Shown here in pieces: positions 24,240 to 36,598 of a stretch of DNA of 64,000 bases. Under the pieces are notes generated by a model. The model had not been told where the DNA came from. It ran no database searches and saw only the letters and a list, made by a program, of their open reading frames with translations. Made by a program: the position numbers and the translations under genes. Positions within the stretch are counted from its first letter, which is position 1. Each line of letters begins with the position of its first letter. The stretch spans positions 1 through 64,000 of the forward strand of contig NW_025767680.1 in assembly GCF_003918875.1 (NCBI RefSeq), given 5' to 3'. The DNA is from Haliotis rubra. Its lineage: Eukaryota.

Positions 24240-26855
24240 TCAGGCCTGTTGGTTGATGTGTGAGAGTTGTGTTGTGAAAGATCGTGTCACGGCTGGCTGT
24301 GTCTTCGTTATCCGTAGGGACAAACGTCTCACACCGATTACGAAATCTAAGCCGATAGTCCCCGTGGGTGGAACAAAGAATGTACCCTGGGACGGGATGT
24401 TAGGGAGGAGGTGACACACACCACCCACATGAAACACTATGATTCAGCAAGACCTGGCCATTCAACTACAACGTGACAGATCTGAACTCTTGGTAACATC
24501 AGCGAACACTTCCCCAACCACGGTCTTTGTTATGCTCAGATCGAACTCCGCCATTCCGTTAACCGTGTATAGTATACGTCCATGATCTCGCCTCGGCGCA
24601 ATTATTCATTTACGACCGAATTCGACGTCGGGTAACATCGCCACAGGTGTGTCTCTTGAACACGTGAAAGTCTTACCTCGGCAGTAGACACTGTACAGCT
24701 CTCGGCGAAGTCAGCTACGTATATCGCTGTGTGGGGTTTAAGCGACAGTCTCATCGACAGGCGTGTATGTAATCTCCATGTCTACAAGTGGTTCAGTCAG
24801 TGAAGCATGAGCGAGACATCAACAGTGCAGGGGATTGGTCAACGAACCCAAATAGGTGATCGTTAATCGTGTGACCTAACGTAAATTCCATATCTTCTCT
24901 CACCTTGTGCCACTCAACATGTGTATCTGCCCTTTGACCTCGACTGTCACGTGATGTCGGTCGATTCATCAGTTGAAGACTTGGAATGTTATTGCCATGG
25001 TGATGAAGAGAGGCTATTCTTAGTGCATGCTCGTGAGTCTGATCGACATCGCCTCGTTGCAGTTCTCGCTTCTCACATACTCGCTTATCGGTCCCTGTAG
25101 ACCATCACAATATCTCACTCAGTTATCGCTGTGCAATTCTTCTCCAAGCAAAGCTGTATTTTTGCTCGAGGCAAGGCCGTGTTGATAAGAAAAGGTAGCC
25201 TACAGCTCATTTCATAATGTTTAAAGTTAAAGTCAATTTCTACCTGAGTGTTGACTGTGGTATATTGATTAGTATACAATGTTGTACACGAAATGAAAGC
25301 GTGCTACAGCTCCTGCGGAAGTTTCAGGGGGTTGGGGTTCGAACCCCCTGACCCCCACCTTGGCTCCGTCAATGGAAAACATTAGTTTCAATGTGGTCTT
25401 TTTGAAAATATTTTAATTTGGATGGTAAACTCGAAAACTAATTTTCCTAGTTAGGTTAAAGGATACAAAGAACATATGTCTTATTTTCTTCATAAATAAA
25501 CAGGGGCGGTGGGGTAGCCTAGTGGTTAAAACGTTGGCTCGTCACGCCGAAGACCCGGGTTCGAATCCCCAAATGGGTACAATGTGTGAAGCCCATTTCT
25601 GGTGTCCCCCGCCGAGATGTTGCTGGAATATTGCTAAAAGCGGCGTAAAACCAAAACTCAGTCAGTCATAAATAAATAAATAAACATACCCAGACGATTT
25701 GAAACGCGAAAAAGACAGTGAAAGGTAAGGATCACGGACTATAGTGTGGGCAGGCCAGTTTTCCCAGGCAAGGGAGATAACTGACTATCAAAGTTGCCAA
25801 CATTGCCTGACGGCTGGAGTGAGTGAGTATGGTTTAACGTTGCTTTTAGCAATATGCCAGCAATATCACGGCGAGGGTAAACAGCACTGGGTTCCACACA
25901 TGTGGGGAATCGAACTCGGGTCTTCGGCTTGACGAGAGAAGGCTTTAACCACTGGGGCTACCCCACCGCCCATGAAACACGATAGAATTTGAGCGATAAC
26001 GGGGATTTTCAACAGTTTAGTTTGTATGACAGGATGGTCGCCCTCCCCGTTTGGGATAACGGTTACTACTTGAATGGCTGCATCTTCAGCTGTTTTAATT
26101 ACTGTTTCTGTCCGACTGGCAGAATTAATATTAATATTACATTAACTTGTACATTTCAGAGCAACATGTGATGTTACGACATCGATGTGAGACCCCGGGC
26201 CCCGTTCCTCAAAGCGATCGTAGCCCTACGACAGTTGTAAGTCTATGTTAAAGTATGGGAGTTACGACTGTCGTAGCGCTACGATCGCTTTGAGGAACGG
26301 GGCCCTGAACATAACTTATTGATATAAAGATCGTGGTGGAGAAGAGTGCTCCTGTGCATGGAGCGCAGGCCACAAATCAGCTGAAGTTAAGCAACGTTGG
26401 TCACGCAACGTTTGATGGGTGACTGTGTTTGGCGCCTGAGAGTTCCTAGGACTTCTGTCCTGCCCCACAACGAAGCGCATGTGATACATGTGGTCTCACC
26501 TTAGGCAAGTGAGTTTCTTCAAACTTACCTCTGTTCACCCAGCAGAAAATGGGTACCTGGTGGGATAAGTCATATGACTATTAACCTTCTAGCGCCTCAC
26601 AGCTTGGGCTATCGTGGGTATTGATGTCCAGCATCTTGTATGTGTTTAGAGCATGTCCCTGCGGCGTACAGTTCGGCACTGTGTAAGTGTCCAATTATTA
26701 TTATTATTATCATTAAGGTGTGACTTGTCGCGGTGTCTCACTCCATACCGGATATGTACCACACCCTTGGCCTACCCACCGTAGGGTAAAATAACAACGT
26801 GAATTGAGACTATTACCTTGCAGATATCTCCAGATAAGAAACAGGTGGAGTGAAA
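24240..26855 (-). CDS. candidate orphan spliced gene (start exon not found)
   Basis: Phase-compatible GT-AG exons 26855-26817 (SLHLFLIWRYLQG), 25094-24904 (TDKRVCEKRELQRGDVDQTHEHALRIASLHHHGNN...VEWHK), 24781-24677 (TWRLHTRLSMRLSLKPHTAIYVADFAESCTVSTAE) and 24386-24240 (GTFFVPPTG...INQQA*); about 160 codons with no stop; no family recognised. Confidence 0.4.
25503..25666 (+). mobile_element. young SINE family A with TSD
   Basis: Near-consensus copy; cataaataaa at 25491 and 25667. Confidence 0.9.
25818..25970 (-). mobile_element. SINE family A
   Basis: gagtgagtatggtttaacg...atgtggggaatcgaactcgggtcttcggc...gctaccccaccgccc. Confidence 0.8.
26198..26304. mobile_element. palindromic MITE, PIF/Harbinger-like
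   Basis: TIR ggccccgttcctcaaagcgatcgtag / ctacgatcgctttgaggaacggggcc; 3-bp flanks ccg and ctg. Confidence 0.8.
26330..26713 (+). mobile_element. SINE with 5S rRNA-like head, CORE-like body and (TTA)n tail
   Basis: 26377-26426 atcagctgaagttaagcaacgttgg...ttgatgggtgact resembles 5S box A and box C; 26499-26560 ccttaggcaagtgag...cacccagcagaaaatgggtacc resembles the CORE domain; ends gcactgtgtaagtgtccaattattattatt. Confidence 0.65.
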
Positions 26856-27091
26856 CTGGAACAACAATTTATTTTGTTTGCTAAACGTACACTCAACAAT
26901 TATCGCAGTATCTAAATATGTCACTTACAACTGTATTATCGTAGTCGCAGCAATTTGTGATACAGAGTTACGTCCCTTAGAGACGCACGCCACCTATGAA
27001 TCCTAGTTCGCCGTGGTTGCGTTTCTAGGTTTTGGAGCACAATATACTCGTGCTAGTCGGCTTTTCCAAAGCGGTAATTGTCTGAGGGCTG

Positions 27092-27250
27092 GGAAGGTGG
27101 GGAAGCCTAATGGTTCGCTCGTCACACCGAGGACCCGGTTTCGATTCCCCACATGGGCACAATGTGTTTAGCTCATTTCTGGTGTCCCCCGCAGTGATAT
27201 TGCTGGAACATTGCAAAAAGCGGCGTAAGACTGAACTTACTCACTCACTC
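27092..27250 (+). mobile_element. SINE family A
   Basis: Diverged copy with (actc)n tail. Confidence 0.8.
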
Positions 27251-27584
27251 AACCGCCAGTCAACAAGTAACCATAACAAACTGTGTTCGTCTTCAGGTTC
27301 TAGCTTCATATTCTCCTGCTCGTGCAACTCAGCAACTCACTCACTCTGAGGGAGCGTGAATGCAGTTTGGGAGTTGTGCCTATTGTCACGTGTTTGTTCC
27401 CTATTAACAACGTAGACAACGGCAAGGCAGGATGGGGGTTACTTGTTTGAATGAAATGTGAGTACATTCATACACACACATAATACTTCACCACACACGC
27501 ACGCACGCACGCACTCACACACACACCCTGTACATGTCCCCTAAAACGGGATATCTGGTTAATAGGTCAAACTTATAGTTGGTA

Positions 27585-29018
27585 TTGAATAGAAAGGGCG
27601 TGTGTCCTAAAATGTTAAAAATCATACGGTCCATTTATGACTGTGTCAAGTCTTGTGTTAAATCAAATACATGTAAATCAAATAATTCTTTCTCTGAAAT
27701 GTTTCAATGTCGCATTGGGGTAAGACAATATTGTGTTCTAAGTCCATTATTGTTTTCCATATTCGTAAATGATAATATTGAATCTGTTTGTTACGCTGGT
27801 ATTCAGCTGCATTCTCAGTTGACGCTATTTTGTTCATCATTTTGTTTGCCGACGATGTTATTCTTCTCTCTGATGCTATATATAGCTTACAAAACCGCAT
27901 CAATGTTCTAGAACAGCATTGTATTGATTATAATCTTACTGTAATCTAGGCAAATATCAAATTAACGGTGCAAAGCTTTCTAAAAGAGAAACGTGGTTTC
28001 TGGAAAGTAGCTTAATCGATTGTGTCGCTTCTTATATAACCCTTGGTGTACAGTTCTCTCAGTTTCAGATATCTAACAAAGTTGCAATCTTTGCAATGCC
28101 ATATATTTTTCAAAGATTTACTCGAAAGTGCTAATTTTGCTTTATGGGGCTGAAGTCTGGGGGCTAAATTGTGATATAAGTTCTAATGTAGAGAGTTCAG
28201 ATTCTGGCTTGCAAATAATTACTAGGTGTTAAAGGATCTACGTCCAATCAAATCAGGCTGTTCGTGGAGAATGTGGCAGATATTCCACATATATTAATGC
28301 GTACAAACACTGTGTCAACTTTTGGTATAATCTGCTGAAAATGCCGGCATCTCGTTTACTTAAAAGTTTTATAATTTAATTTTGACAGATGTTTCCCATG
28401 GTGGCAAAAGTAAATGTGCTTCAAAACTCAGGTTTTTATTAAATAGTATGCGGTTTGGTTACATATGGGAGAGTCAGTGTATTAACAATTTAGACTCATT
28501 TATTTTAATTCATGATTAGGGCACAGAATATGTATGTACGGGGTTGGCATGAAATCAAGCTCTGAAACCTATTCATATTCATTGTATAAACATGCATTTG
28601 GCCCAGAGATATATTCAACTGTAAGTGTGAAATAATTGCGCACTGCTTTTGCACAGATTCATTGCCGTTCTCATCAATTATTGAAACTGGTAAATATATC
28701 AATGAGCCAAGGAATCTCACATTTTGTCATATGTGTTCGGATACTCACATTGAAAATGAATATCATCTTTTTTTAATATGTTCTGCCTAAGATCACCTAC
28801 GTACATTCTATATCCATGTGCACTATTATACGTATCTATCATTGTGCAAATTGAATACTTTGATGCCTGCAGACAATTCCACTGTGCTACGAAATCTAAC
28901 TTTGTATCTATTTTACGCGAATAATTATATATACGTTACGTACAAGCCTTTTGCTGGCTGCATGAAAATAACGGTATTGTGGGCCGATGGCCTGCATACT
29001 TTAGAATAAAGAGAGAGA
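27585..29018 (+). mobile_element. decayed 5'-truncated RTEX-like LINE (RT domain to 3' tail)
   Basis: GVRQYCVLSPLLFSIFVND, FADD catalytic motif (tttgccgacgat near 27846), YGAEVWG, GECGR, ETGKY, CHMC...ENEYHLFLIC knuckle, tail aataaa(ga)n; many stops and frameshifts. Confidence 0.88.
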
Positions 29019-29520
29019 GGACATTGACATTATCTCGATTACTACAGCTATTATATCATATTCTGCCATTGTAAAAGTTCTGCTCTTTTGTAGAGCTACT
29101 TATTTGCGTGGCATTTATTTGGTTAGAATTGAATACCTAAATAAATGCATAAATACACCTCTTAGTTTTGTAATATTGGTTTGCCTATATATTTCTCGCA
29201 TTGTTTTAAGTTGGACGTCGACACGTAACCCTGTCAGGTCTTATTCATGCCATATGTGGTATATCAAACTAGTTCTGTAAACTATCATCAAAGTTAAGAC
29301 GTTGCTGAGTGTGTGTGTGTTGCTGGGTGTTGCTGGGTGTTGATTTCCTGGTGACTGGGTGAAAGACATCGTGGTGCATGTCGTGACGTATCATGACCAA
29401 GGTTCATGTCAATATTAATTATGTCTACTGCCCTCATTTTCCTGACTGAAATCAGAGTTGAAGTAAAATTGGAGATAGTTTCGTGTTCAAGCGTATTTCA
29501 CTTACAATAGATATTATATA

Positions 29521-29673
29521 TACTGAGGGAAACAAATATAGGATCACAGGAAAATTGAAGCGTTTCTTTATTATTTTCCAGCTACACAGCGCTATTCAAA
29601 GCTGGTGATGAAAACTGGAAAATAAAAGGAACGCTTGAATTTTCCTGTGATTCCTTATTTGTTTCTCTCAGTA
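29521..29673. mobile_element. Tc1/mariner-type MITE with TA TSD
   Basis: About 60-bp TIRs tactgagggaaacaaatataggatcacaggaaaatt / aattttcctgtgattccttatttgtttctctcagta, flanked by TA. Confidence 0.8.
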
Positions 29674-29891
29674 TATTTTGTTCTGACCATTGAAGGAACC
29701 ATTGTTAGTTGCAGCAAATGAAATGCTCATGAAGTGGTTACAGTTGTTTTGGTTAGGTTCTCTCCATGACAATGCCATAGTAGCGAAAATAGGCAGAGTT
29801 ACCTTCCCTCGGAAACAGGTTTGTTCGTTCGAGACGTTTCGAGATAAGACAAAAAATATTGGCACGGTTCCCACGGCCGAAAGCTATGATT

Positions 29892-30220
29892 ACACAATGC
29901 CATTTAGAAAGTGGTCAAATGTATCCTATGCTATATTTGGGATTGCACTTTCTAAGTGGGAGCCGTGCCAATTCATACTTATCAGAGGGGTACACAGTCC
30001 GCAGTGTAGACTACCAGTTGTCCGACTTCCATTTTTGTGGATGTCGCGATGGCTAAGCGGGTTGTGTGCTGGCGATTAGGTGCCTGACTCTGAGGGTGTG
30101 GGTTCGAATCCCGCATGGGATTCAACCCAACAAAAGTACCAGAATCTGTACTTTACTTAGAAAGTGTAATCCCAAATGTAACATATGTTACATTTTACCA
30201 CTTTCTAAATGGCATTGTGT
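29892..30220. mobile_element. TIR element (about 66-bp TIRs) carrying an internal tRNA-like Pol III promoter
   Basis: acacaatgccatttagaaagtggt...ttgggattgcactttctaagt is mirrored at 30155-30220; internal A box tggctaagcgg (30050) and B box ggttcgaatcc (30101). Confidence 0.75.
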
Positions 30221-30262
30221 CATCATCTACATGTAATGTTTCACACATTTCACACCCATGTC

Positions 30263-30510
30263 GGGGCGGTGTGGTAGCCTAATGGTTAAAGCGTTGGCTC
30301 GTCACGCCGAAGACCCGGGTTCGAATCCCCACATGGGTAGAATGTGTGAAGCCCATTTCTGGTGTCCCCCGCCGTGATGTTGCTGGAATATTGCTAAAAG
30401 CGGCGTAAAACCAAACTCACTCAGTCAGTCCCACCCATGTCAGGTGTCCCCGCCGTGATATTGCTTGACTACTGCTAAAATCGGCGTAAAACTAAACTCA
30501 CCCACTCCAA
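30263..30510 (+). mobile_element. young SINE A (30263-30431) inserted into an older SINE A remnant
   Basis: TSD cacccatgtc at 30253-30262 and 30432-30441; older tail continues aggtgtccccgccgtgatattgc. Confidence 0.85.
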
Positions 30511-31371
30511 ATGTAAATCCTGCCACTAGTGCGTTGTTATTTAAGGAAATACAAATTTGCAAACTCTTAGGTTTGATTAATGAATTTGTTACCGTGACAT
30601 ACCCATGACTCAGAGGAAGGGCCTGTGTAACGTTCACACCATCGACCCGCTAGAGGCAGTCTACGCTTCTGGCTAGCAGTTATTCATCTGGAAGACAATT
30701 TACGTTCTGCCAGCTGTGGCAACTAAAGCAGGTTGTCTAGACGTGTTCACTTTTTTAGACGGAGATGGATTGTTCCTTCAGTTATGGTTAAAGGGTCAGC
30801 TCGACTTCAGATAACTGACCTGAGTGTTAATTTTTTGTGCGTTCGTGGCCTTGTCTACGTTGCATGAATATTTGTCGTAAAGACAGCGGTAGTCTTGATT
30901 ATATGTGTACAAGGACATTGTGAACTAAAATAGCATCTCTGTTCATAAATGTGTTTCTCATTTCAAGCAACCTGTAAATTAACCATGGTGAATTGATGTC
31001 AAAACGAATACAGCGAAACTCCAACTGGGTTTCATTCTTATTTCTTTAGGTTGGTTTCAATTTCAATTTGCACCCATAATTTGAAAGTTCACCTATCACC
31101 CACATAGCAATAATCCATTCGAAGATGATGTTTGTTTTTTATTTTACGCAATTCCACGTGCCCCGCTAGTGACACTTTTGTATGTGTTATTATGGTGTTA
31201 ATGACGTCTATGACGCTGCCGTGTTCAAGTTACAGATTCCAGCATCATGGTTTGTCTGCATCCATTGCTGGAACAACTGGTCACGTGTGTAACGTTGTAG
31301 GTAATGTAATATACCTGGCAAAATTAACAAACCCGAGGATATTTAACAGCCATTCACTGAATTACAACATC

Positions 31372-31540
31372 TGACTGACTGATTGAGTTTAGTTTTACGC
31401 CGCCTTTAGCAATATTCAAGCAACATCACGGCGGGGGACACCAGAAATGGGCTTCACACATTGTACCTATGTGGGGAATCGAACCCGGGTCTTCAGCGTG
31501 ACGAGCGAACGCTTTAACCACTGGGCAACCCCACAGCCCC
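31372..31540 (-). mobile_element. SINE family A with 13-bp TSD
   Basis: gaattacaacatc/a on both flanks (31359 and 31541). Confidence 0.88.
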
Positions 31541-31776
31541 GAATTACAACATCACTGAATGTACTAGGTTGTAGAGTTTGACATGAAATACATTTAGATA
31601 CACATTTATTCACTATTCTGTTCATACAGACAAGACCATAATCAAATGTAGGTCCAGGAGTGATAGATCTATGAGCCAACAGTTGGTTCTGTCTTATAAA
31701 TGTCAAAGTTACGTTAATCAGTCAGTAATGATGAACTATTCACAGTTAAGTGAAGTTGTGCTTCTTCAAAGCTTTG

Positions 31777-32277
31777 NNNNNNNNNNNNNNNNNNNNNNNN
31801 NNNNNNNNNNNNNNNNNNNNNNNNNNNNNNNNNNNNNNNNNNNNNNNNNNNNNNNNNNNNNNNNNNNNNNNNNNNNNNNNNNNNNNNNNNNNNNNNNNNN
31901 NNNNNNNNNNNNNNNNNNNNNNNNNNNNNNNNNNNNNNNNNNNNNNNNNNNNNNNNNNNNNNNNNNNNNNNNNNNNNNNNNNNNNNNNNNNNNNNNNNNN
32001 NNNNNNNNNNNNNNNNNNNNNNNNNNNNNNNNNNNNNNNNNNNNNNNNNNNNNNNNNNNNNNNNNNNNNNNNNNNNNNNNNNNNNNNNNNNNNNNNNNNN
32101 NNNNNNNNNNNNNNNNNNNNNNNNNNNNNNNNNNNNNNNNNNNNNNNNNNNNNNNNNNNNNNNNNNNNNNNNNNNNNNNNNNNNNNNNNNNNNNNNNNNN
32201 NNNNNNNNNNNNNNNNNNNNNNNNNNNNNNNNNNNNNNNNNNNNNNNNNNNNNNNNNNNNNNNNNNNNNNNNNNNNN
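31777..32277. other. assembly gap (N run)
   Basis: N bases. Confidence 0.98.
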
Positions 32278-32431
32278 CCTAATGGTTAAAGCGTTGGCTC
32301 GTCACGCCGAAGACCCGGGTTCGAATCCCCACATGGGTACAATGTGTGAAGCCCATTTCTGGTGTCCCCCGCCGTGATGTTGCTGGAATATTGCTAAAAG
32401 AGGCGTAAAACCAAACTCAGTCAGTCAGTCA
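32278..32431 (+). mobile_element. young SINE family A, cut by the gap
   Basis: Near identical to 30263-30431. Confidence 0.88.
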
Positions 32432-32464
32432 GACATACATACATACATACATACATAGACACAG

Positions 32465-32743
32465 ACCCGTGAAGATGCCGGGGTAGAATAGGTCTTCAGC
32501 AACCCATGTGCTTGCCATAAAAGGCGACTATGCTTGTCGTAAGAGGCGACTAACGGGATCGGGTGGTCAGGCTCGCTGACCTGGTTGACACATGTCATCG
32601 GTTCCCAATTGCGCAGATCGATGCTCATGCTGTTGATCACTGGATTGTCTGGTCCAGACTCGATTATTTACAGACCGCCGCCATATAGCTGGAATAATGC
32701 TGAGTGCGGCGTAAAACTAAACTCACTCACTCACTCACTCACT

Positions 32744-32806
<63 letters not shown>
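32465..32806 (+). mobile_element. full-length SINE family B followed by (CA)n
   Basis: Starts gacccgtgaagat; has a duplicated gcttgccataaaaggcgacta / gcttgtcgtaagaggcgacta module; (actc)n then (ca)n tail. Confidence 0.88.
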
Positions 32807-32807
<1 letters not shown>

Positions 32808-34830
32808 AACCTACCTACCTATACTATGGTATGATCAAGTAGATGATACTTATGTGTGTTTCCGTCCCATCCTTTCAAGTGATCTTAATCCTTGGTTATA
32901 ACAGTACTTAGTTTTAGACGCGAGGCTATAATATTTGGAAGTTGATTTTTATTCATTCAGACAAATCTCTAACCTATTTGTCTACCGATTTTCCCGACAG
33001 CTTCTGGTGTTGACCACAATTAACACAGATACCCTGACTGAGTGGAGCTGCCCTCTAACAGAGGTAGCATGCGTGTGGTTGTGAACGCTCTGAAGTTGTG
33101 TGGGAGCGGAGGAGAGAAGCACTAAAATATATTTGTTGCAAAGTTTATCGAAGTTTTATGTTCACTTGGCTTTGCGATGAGGGCGGAATCACATTTTATG
33201 ATGTCTGCACGAGTCATGTCAAGGTGACTTCAACAGGGAAATCACTGGCCTCGTTTAAAATATTCGATCGACTTGGCATCACGCGGAGTATCAATGAATG
33301 AGTATTTTCTTAGAGAAATTAGTGATCTTGCGTTACGTCGCATTTGTGTCTTCTATAGGTAGATTCATAAATGGGCTTTAGAACTAAAACTTGGGATGAA
33401 TTGTGTGTGTGTGAGAGAGAGAGAGATACAGAGATCTAGCGATATGGAGAGATAAAGAGATAGAGAAATTAGTTTTACGCCGTACTCAGCAAAACTGGAA
33501 AATACATCAAGTCAAGAACAGCACTTTAACAACTACTAGTATTCAAACCCAGCTCAAAGTATGGTGGAAACATCGAACAAAACACAGTCTTGTAAAATAT
33601 TATTTCTGGATGAAATAATTTTCCTGACATTTAGCTCACAGAAATCGGATATCTTAGTACAAAAATGTTTATCAATAATTAATTGAAAAGCGGTCGATCT
33701 CTTGGCGAAGCACGTTTCTGAGTGATCGGCATCTTGTTGGTTACACGGGACCAGTGCAGCCACCGCCATGTCTGGAGGTATACCAACTGAAGGTAAACAT
33801 TCTTAGATTAACATTCAGCAGAGTATGTTTCATAGTTTAGATGGTGGAGATGAGATGAAGGTGGTTTACGTTGCTTCAATGTTATTGTGTGTGGAAGTCC
33901 GGACTGCAGTCGGCGTTACAGTGCCCCACCACTAAGGCCCCTTGTATTACCTCGCTATAGTTCTAACAAGGATACTCCGTTGAAACACAGTACACTGACC
34001 CCGGCCGTGCTAGGTGGATCACGTAACTCCCCGAGATGACATCACTCAAGAGTGATTCCGGCCAAGGATCAAATCACTCCCCCGCAGGATCAAAACGCCC
34101 CCAGCATTGAAACATTAATATTCCCATTATACATTATGGATAATGTTTTGTAATGTATAATAATATTATCTATTATTTTATACTGTTGTTGTGTTCTGAA
34201 ATACCACTTATAGCTAATCGAGTGTAGTAATGAGGTCGACATTTTTCACGAGTAGCGTAGTCACAATTCAATGTGTCGACCATAACACTTCACGAGATGA
34301 GCTAAAAGTGGTATTTGGGAAAAACAGTGAATATTCTATTTATTATATATTTTACAGACTTTTACCTCCTCAAACCAGCAATGTCAATATTAGAACGAGG
34401 AAACCTGATCACGAAGCTGAACTCCTTACACCAGTAAAACATAAATCAAAGCATACACGTTGCTTTTACAACAAGACAGTGGCCTTTTCGATTTCTAATG
34501 TACAAGACATGAATCTTCTCTAACTATTATGCACATAGTGAGTGTAGGATATTGGTGTGCTTGAAAAAGCAATCAGTGAACATTCTTCCGTGGGACTAAA
34601 AACATCAAGCCAATCCTTTCATATTATTTTAGAAGCATGCCTCAAATACTTTGTGGATATAATGAGGAAAGTAATTTGTTGACAATATTAAATGATTATG
34701 GCTAATCTTTGATACATCTGCTGGATATTTCTCTCTTTGTACAGAATATACAAACACGTTTATGTGATCATTCTTCAGTGTACATAAACACCTTATAAAA
34801 CATCTGACAAAAACTTCAACCGCCAGCCAA

Positions 34831-34995
34831 GGCGGGGGGGTAGCTAAGTGGTTAAAGCGTTCGCTCGTCACGCCAAAGACTCGGGTTCGATTCCCCACAT
34901 GGGTACAGTGTGTGAAGCCCATGTCTGGTGTCCCTGCCCTGATATTGCTTGGAATTTGCTAACAGCAGCGTAAAACTAGGCTCACTCACTCACTC
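34831..34995 (+). mobile_element. SINE family A with TSD
   Basis: caaccgccagccaa on both sides. Confidence 0.85.
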
Positions 34996-36598
34996 AACCG
35001 CCAGCCAACAGGTAACCATAACAAACTGTATTGTCGGTGTTTAGGGATTAAGCTTCATATTCTCCTAAAGAACAATGCCAACGACAGCTGATTGTTATCG
35101 GAGGGCATAATAATATTCTGTGAAATGTGAACAGTAACAATTCAATCGATAGGAAGAATGACAGCAACAATGCAGCAAGTAGTACCTGCTGGTGATCATC
35201 ACCTCGCTATGACAATTACAGGATCTATTTCCTCTTCCACCAGCGAGTCTGTGCTTTATGTGTGTTGTGGGGGGCCGTGTGCGACTTCAAACAACCTGCC
35301 CTCTCAGACAGGAAACAGAACTCAGAGTGTAACCATGGTAAATCGATTGTTTCATCTCGAAACACGACAGACCACAATGGGAATAGCTTTAAGATATCAT
35401 TTCAACATTGAAGTGTTTCTGCTAGAGACCCTAATTATTTGAACAATATTGTCAATACAATCAGCCCGGGCTGGAGCTCATCCTCGCCTTGTTCTAGACC
35501 GTGTGTGTATATCCTATATCAAGACTTAAATCTGAATTGCACAATCTACAAGGATTGTGTACTGACATGACAGAAGGAGAATCAATACTGGAGCAGGTTC
35601 ACCGACATTGTTTAATAATTGACTGTTATTTTTACTTTAAACAATCTATATAACGTAGGACGTGCTCTAGCAACGAACAGAAATAATTTCCATCTGGTTC
35701 TCAGAACTGATACGCAGGGATGTCGTCGTAAAGACGTGTTTACAGTAGATGCAGGGGTGTATTGTGAGGCTGCCATGTCGACTCAGCCCACGTCATTGGA
35801 ACAAGTTAGAGAACATATGACTTCAGCGAAATCCTCAGTGCTGGTCGATTAATATTGACATCCTTGTTCATTGACTATTGAGGTACAACCAGGTGTGTGT
35901 CTCGGAGTACAGTATATGATACGGGTAATGTCTGTGATGTGCTACTGAATCATGGCAGCTGTAGGATACTGCTGAACTACGTCACCTGTTCATGTGAAAT
36001 ATTTGAAAGGTTTCGTAAATTGTACCTTTTAATGTTACGCAGCTAAAACCAGATCACGTGACACAGGCACCACGAAGACAAAGAGTGGACTTTTTTCATT
36101 ATTCAATACCCAGTGTAGCATTCATGAAAGGTGCTGACAGCGCCTAAATTCTCTCCTTGGTGGTTTACAGTCAAGCGACATTTCCTTTAACAGGTGGATC
36201 AAAACCCCAAGTTAGAGGACTGTTGTTAGCATTACTAAAACAACGAGTTTTTTTAAATATATATATATATATTTTTAAAAACGTTTCTTATTCTGCGTAT
36301 ATTTTCAACTTCAGCTAAAGATCATAATCGAGTCTTCCCGTGTGAGAAACGATAGAGAAAACAAGAAGAACACACGAACGCCAAAGGCTATCCTAGTGTG
36401 ATTTAATAAACTGTGCTTCGATAAATATAATTCCATTGTGAACGAGGCATTCTTATTCATCGGAAACTTCCTGAACAAAGATGGTGACATTGCTCGTTAT
36501 GTGTTACTAGAAGTCGTGACATGTCCAGCTGATCAAACACTGTCGGTATGGTATACATGTATACAGATGCGATGGAACTCCTGCAGGACTAGTCGTAG

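Noticed and set aside
23375-32289. ORFs containing X runs
   Set aside because: Artefacts of N gaps
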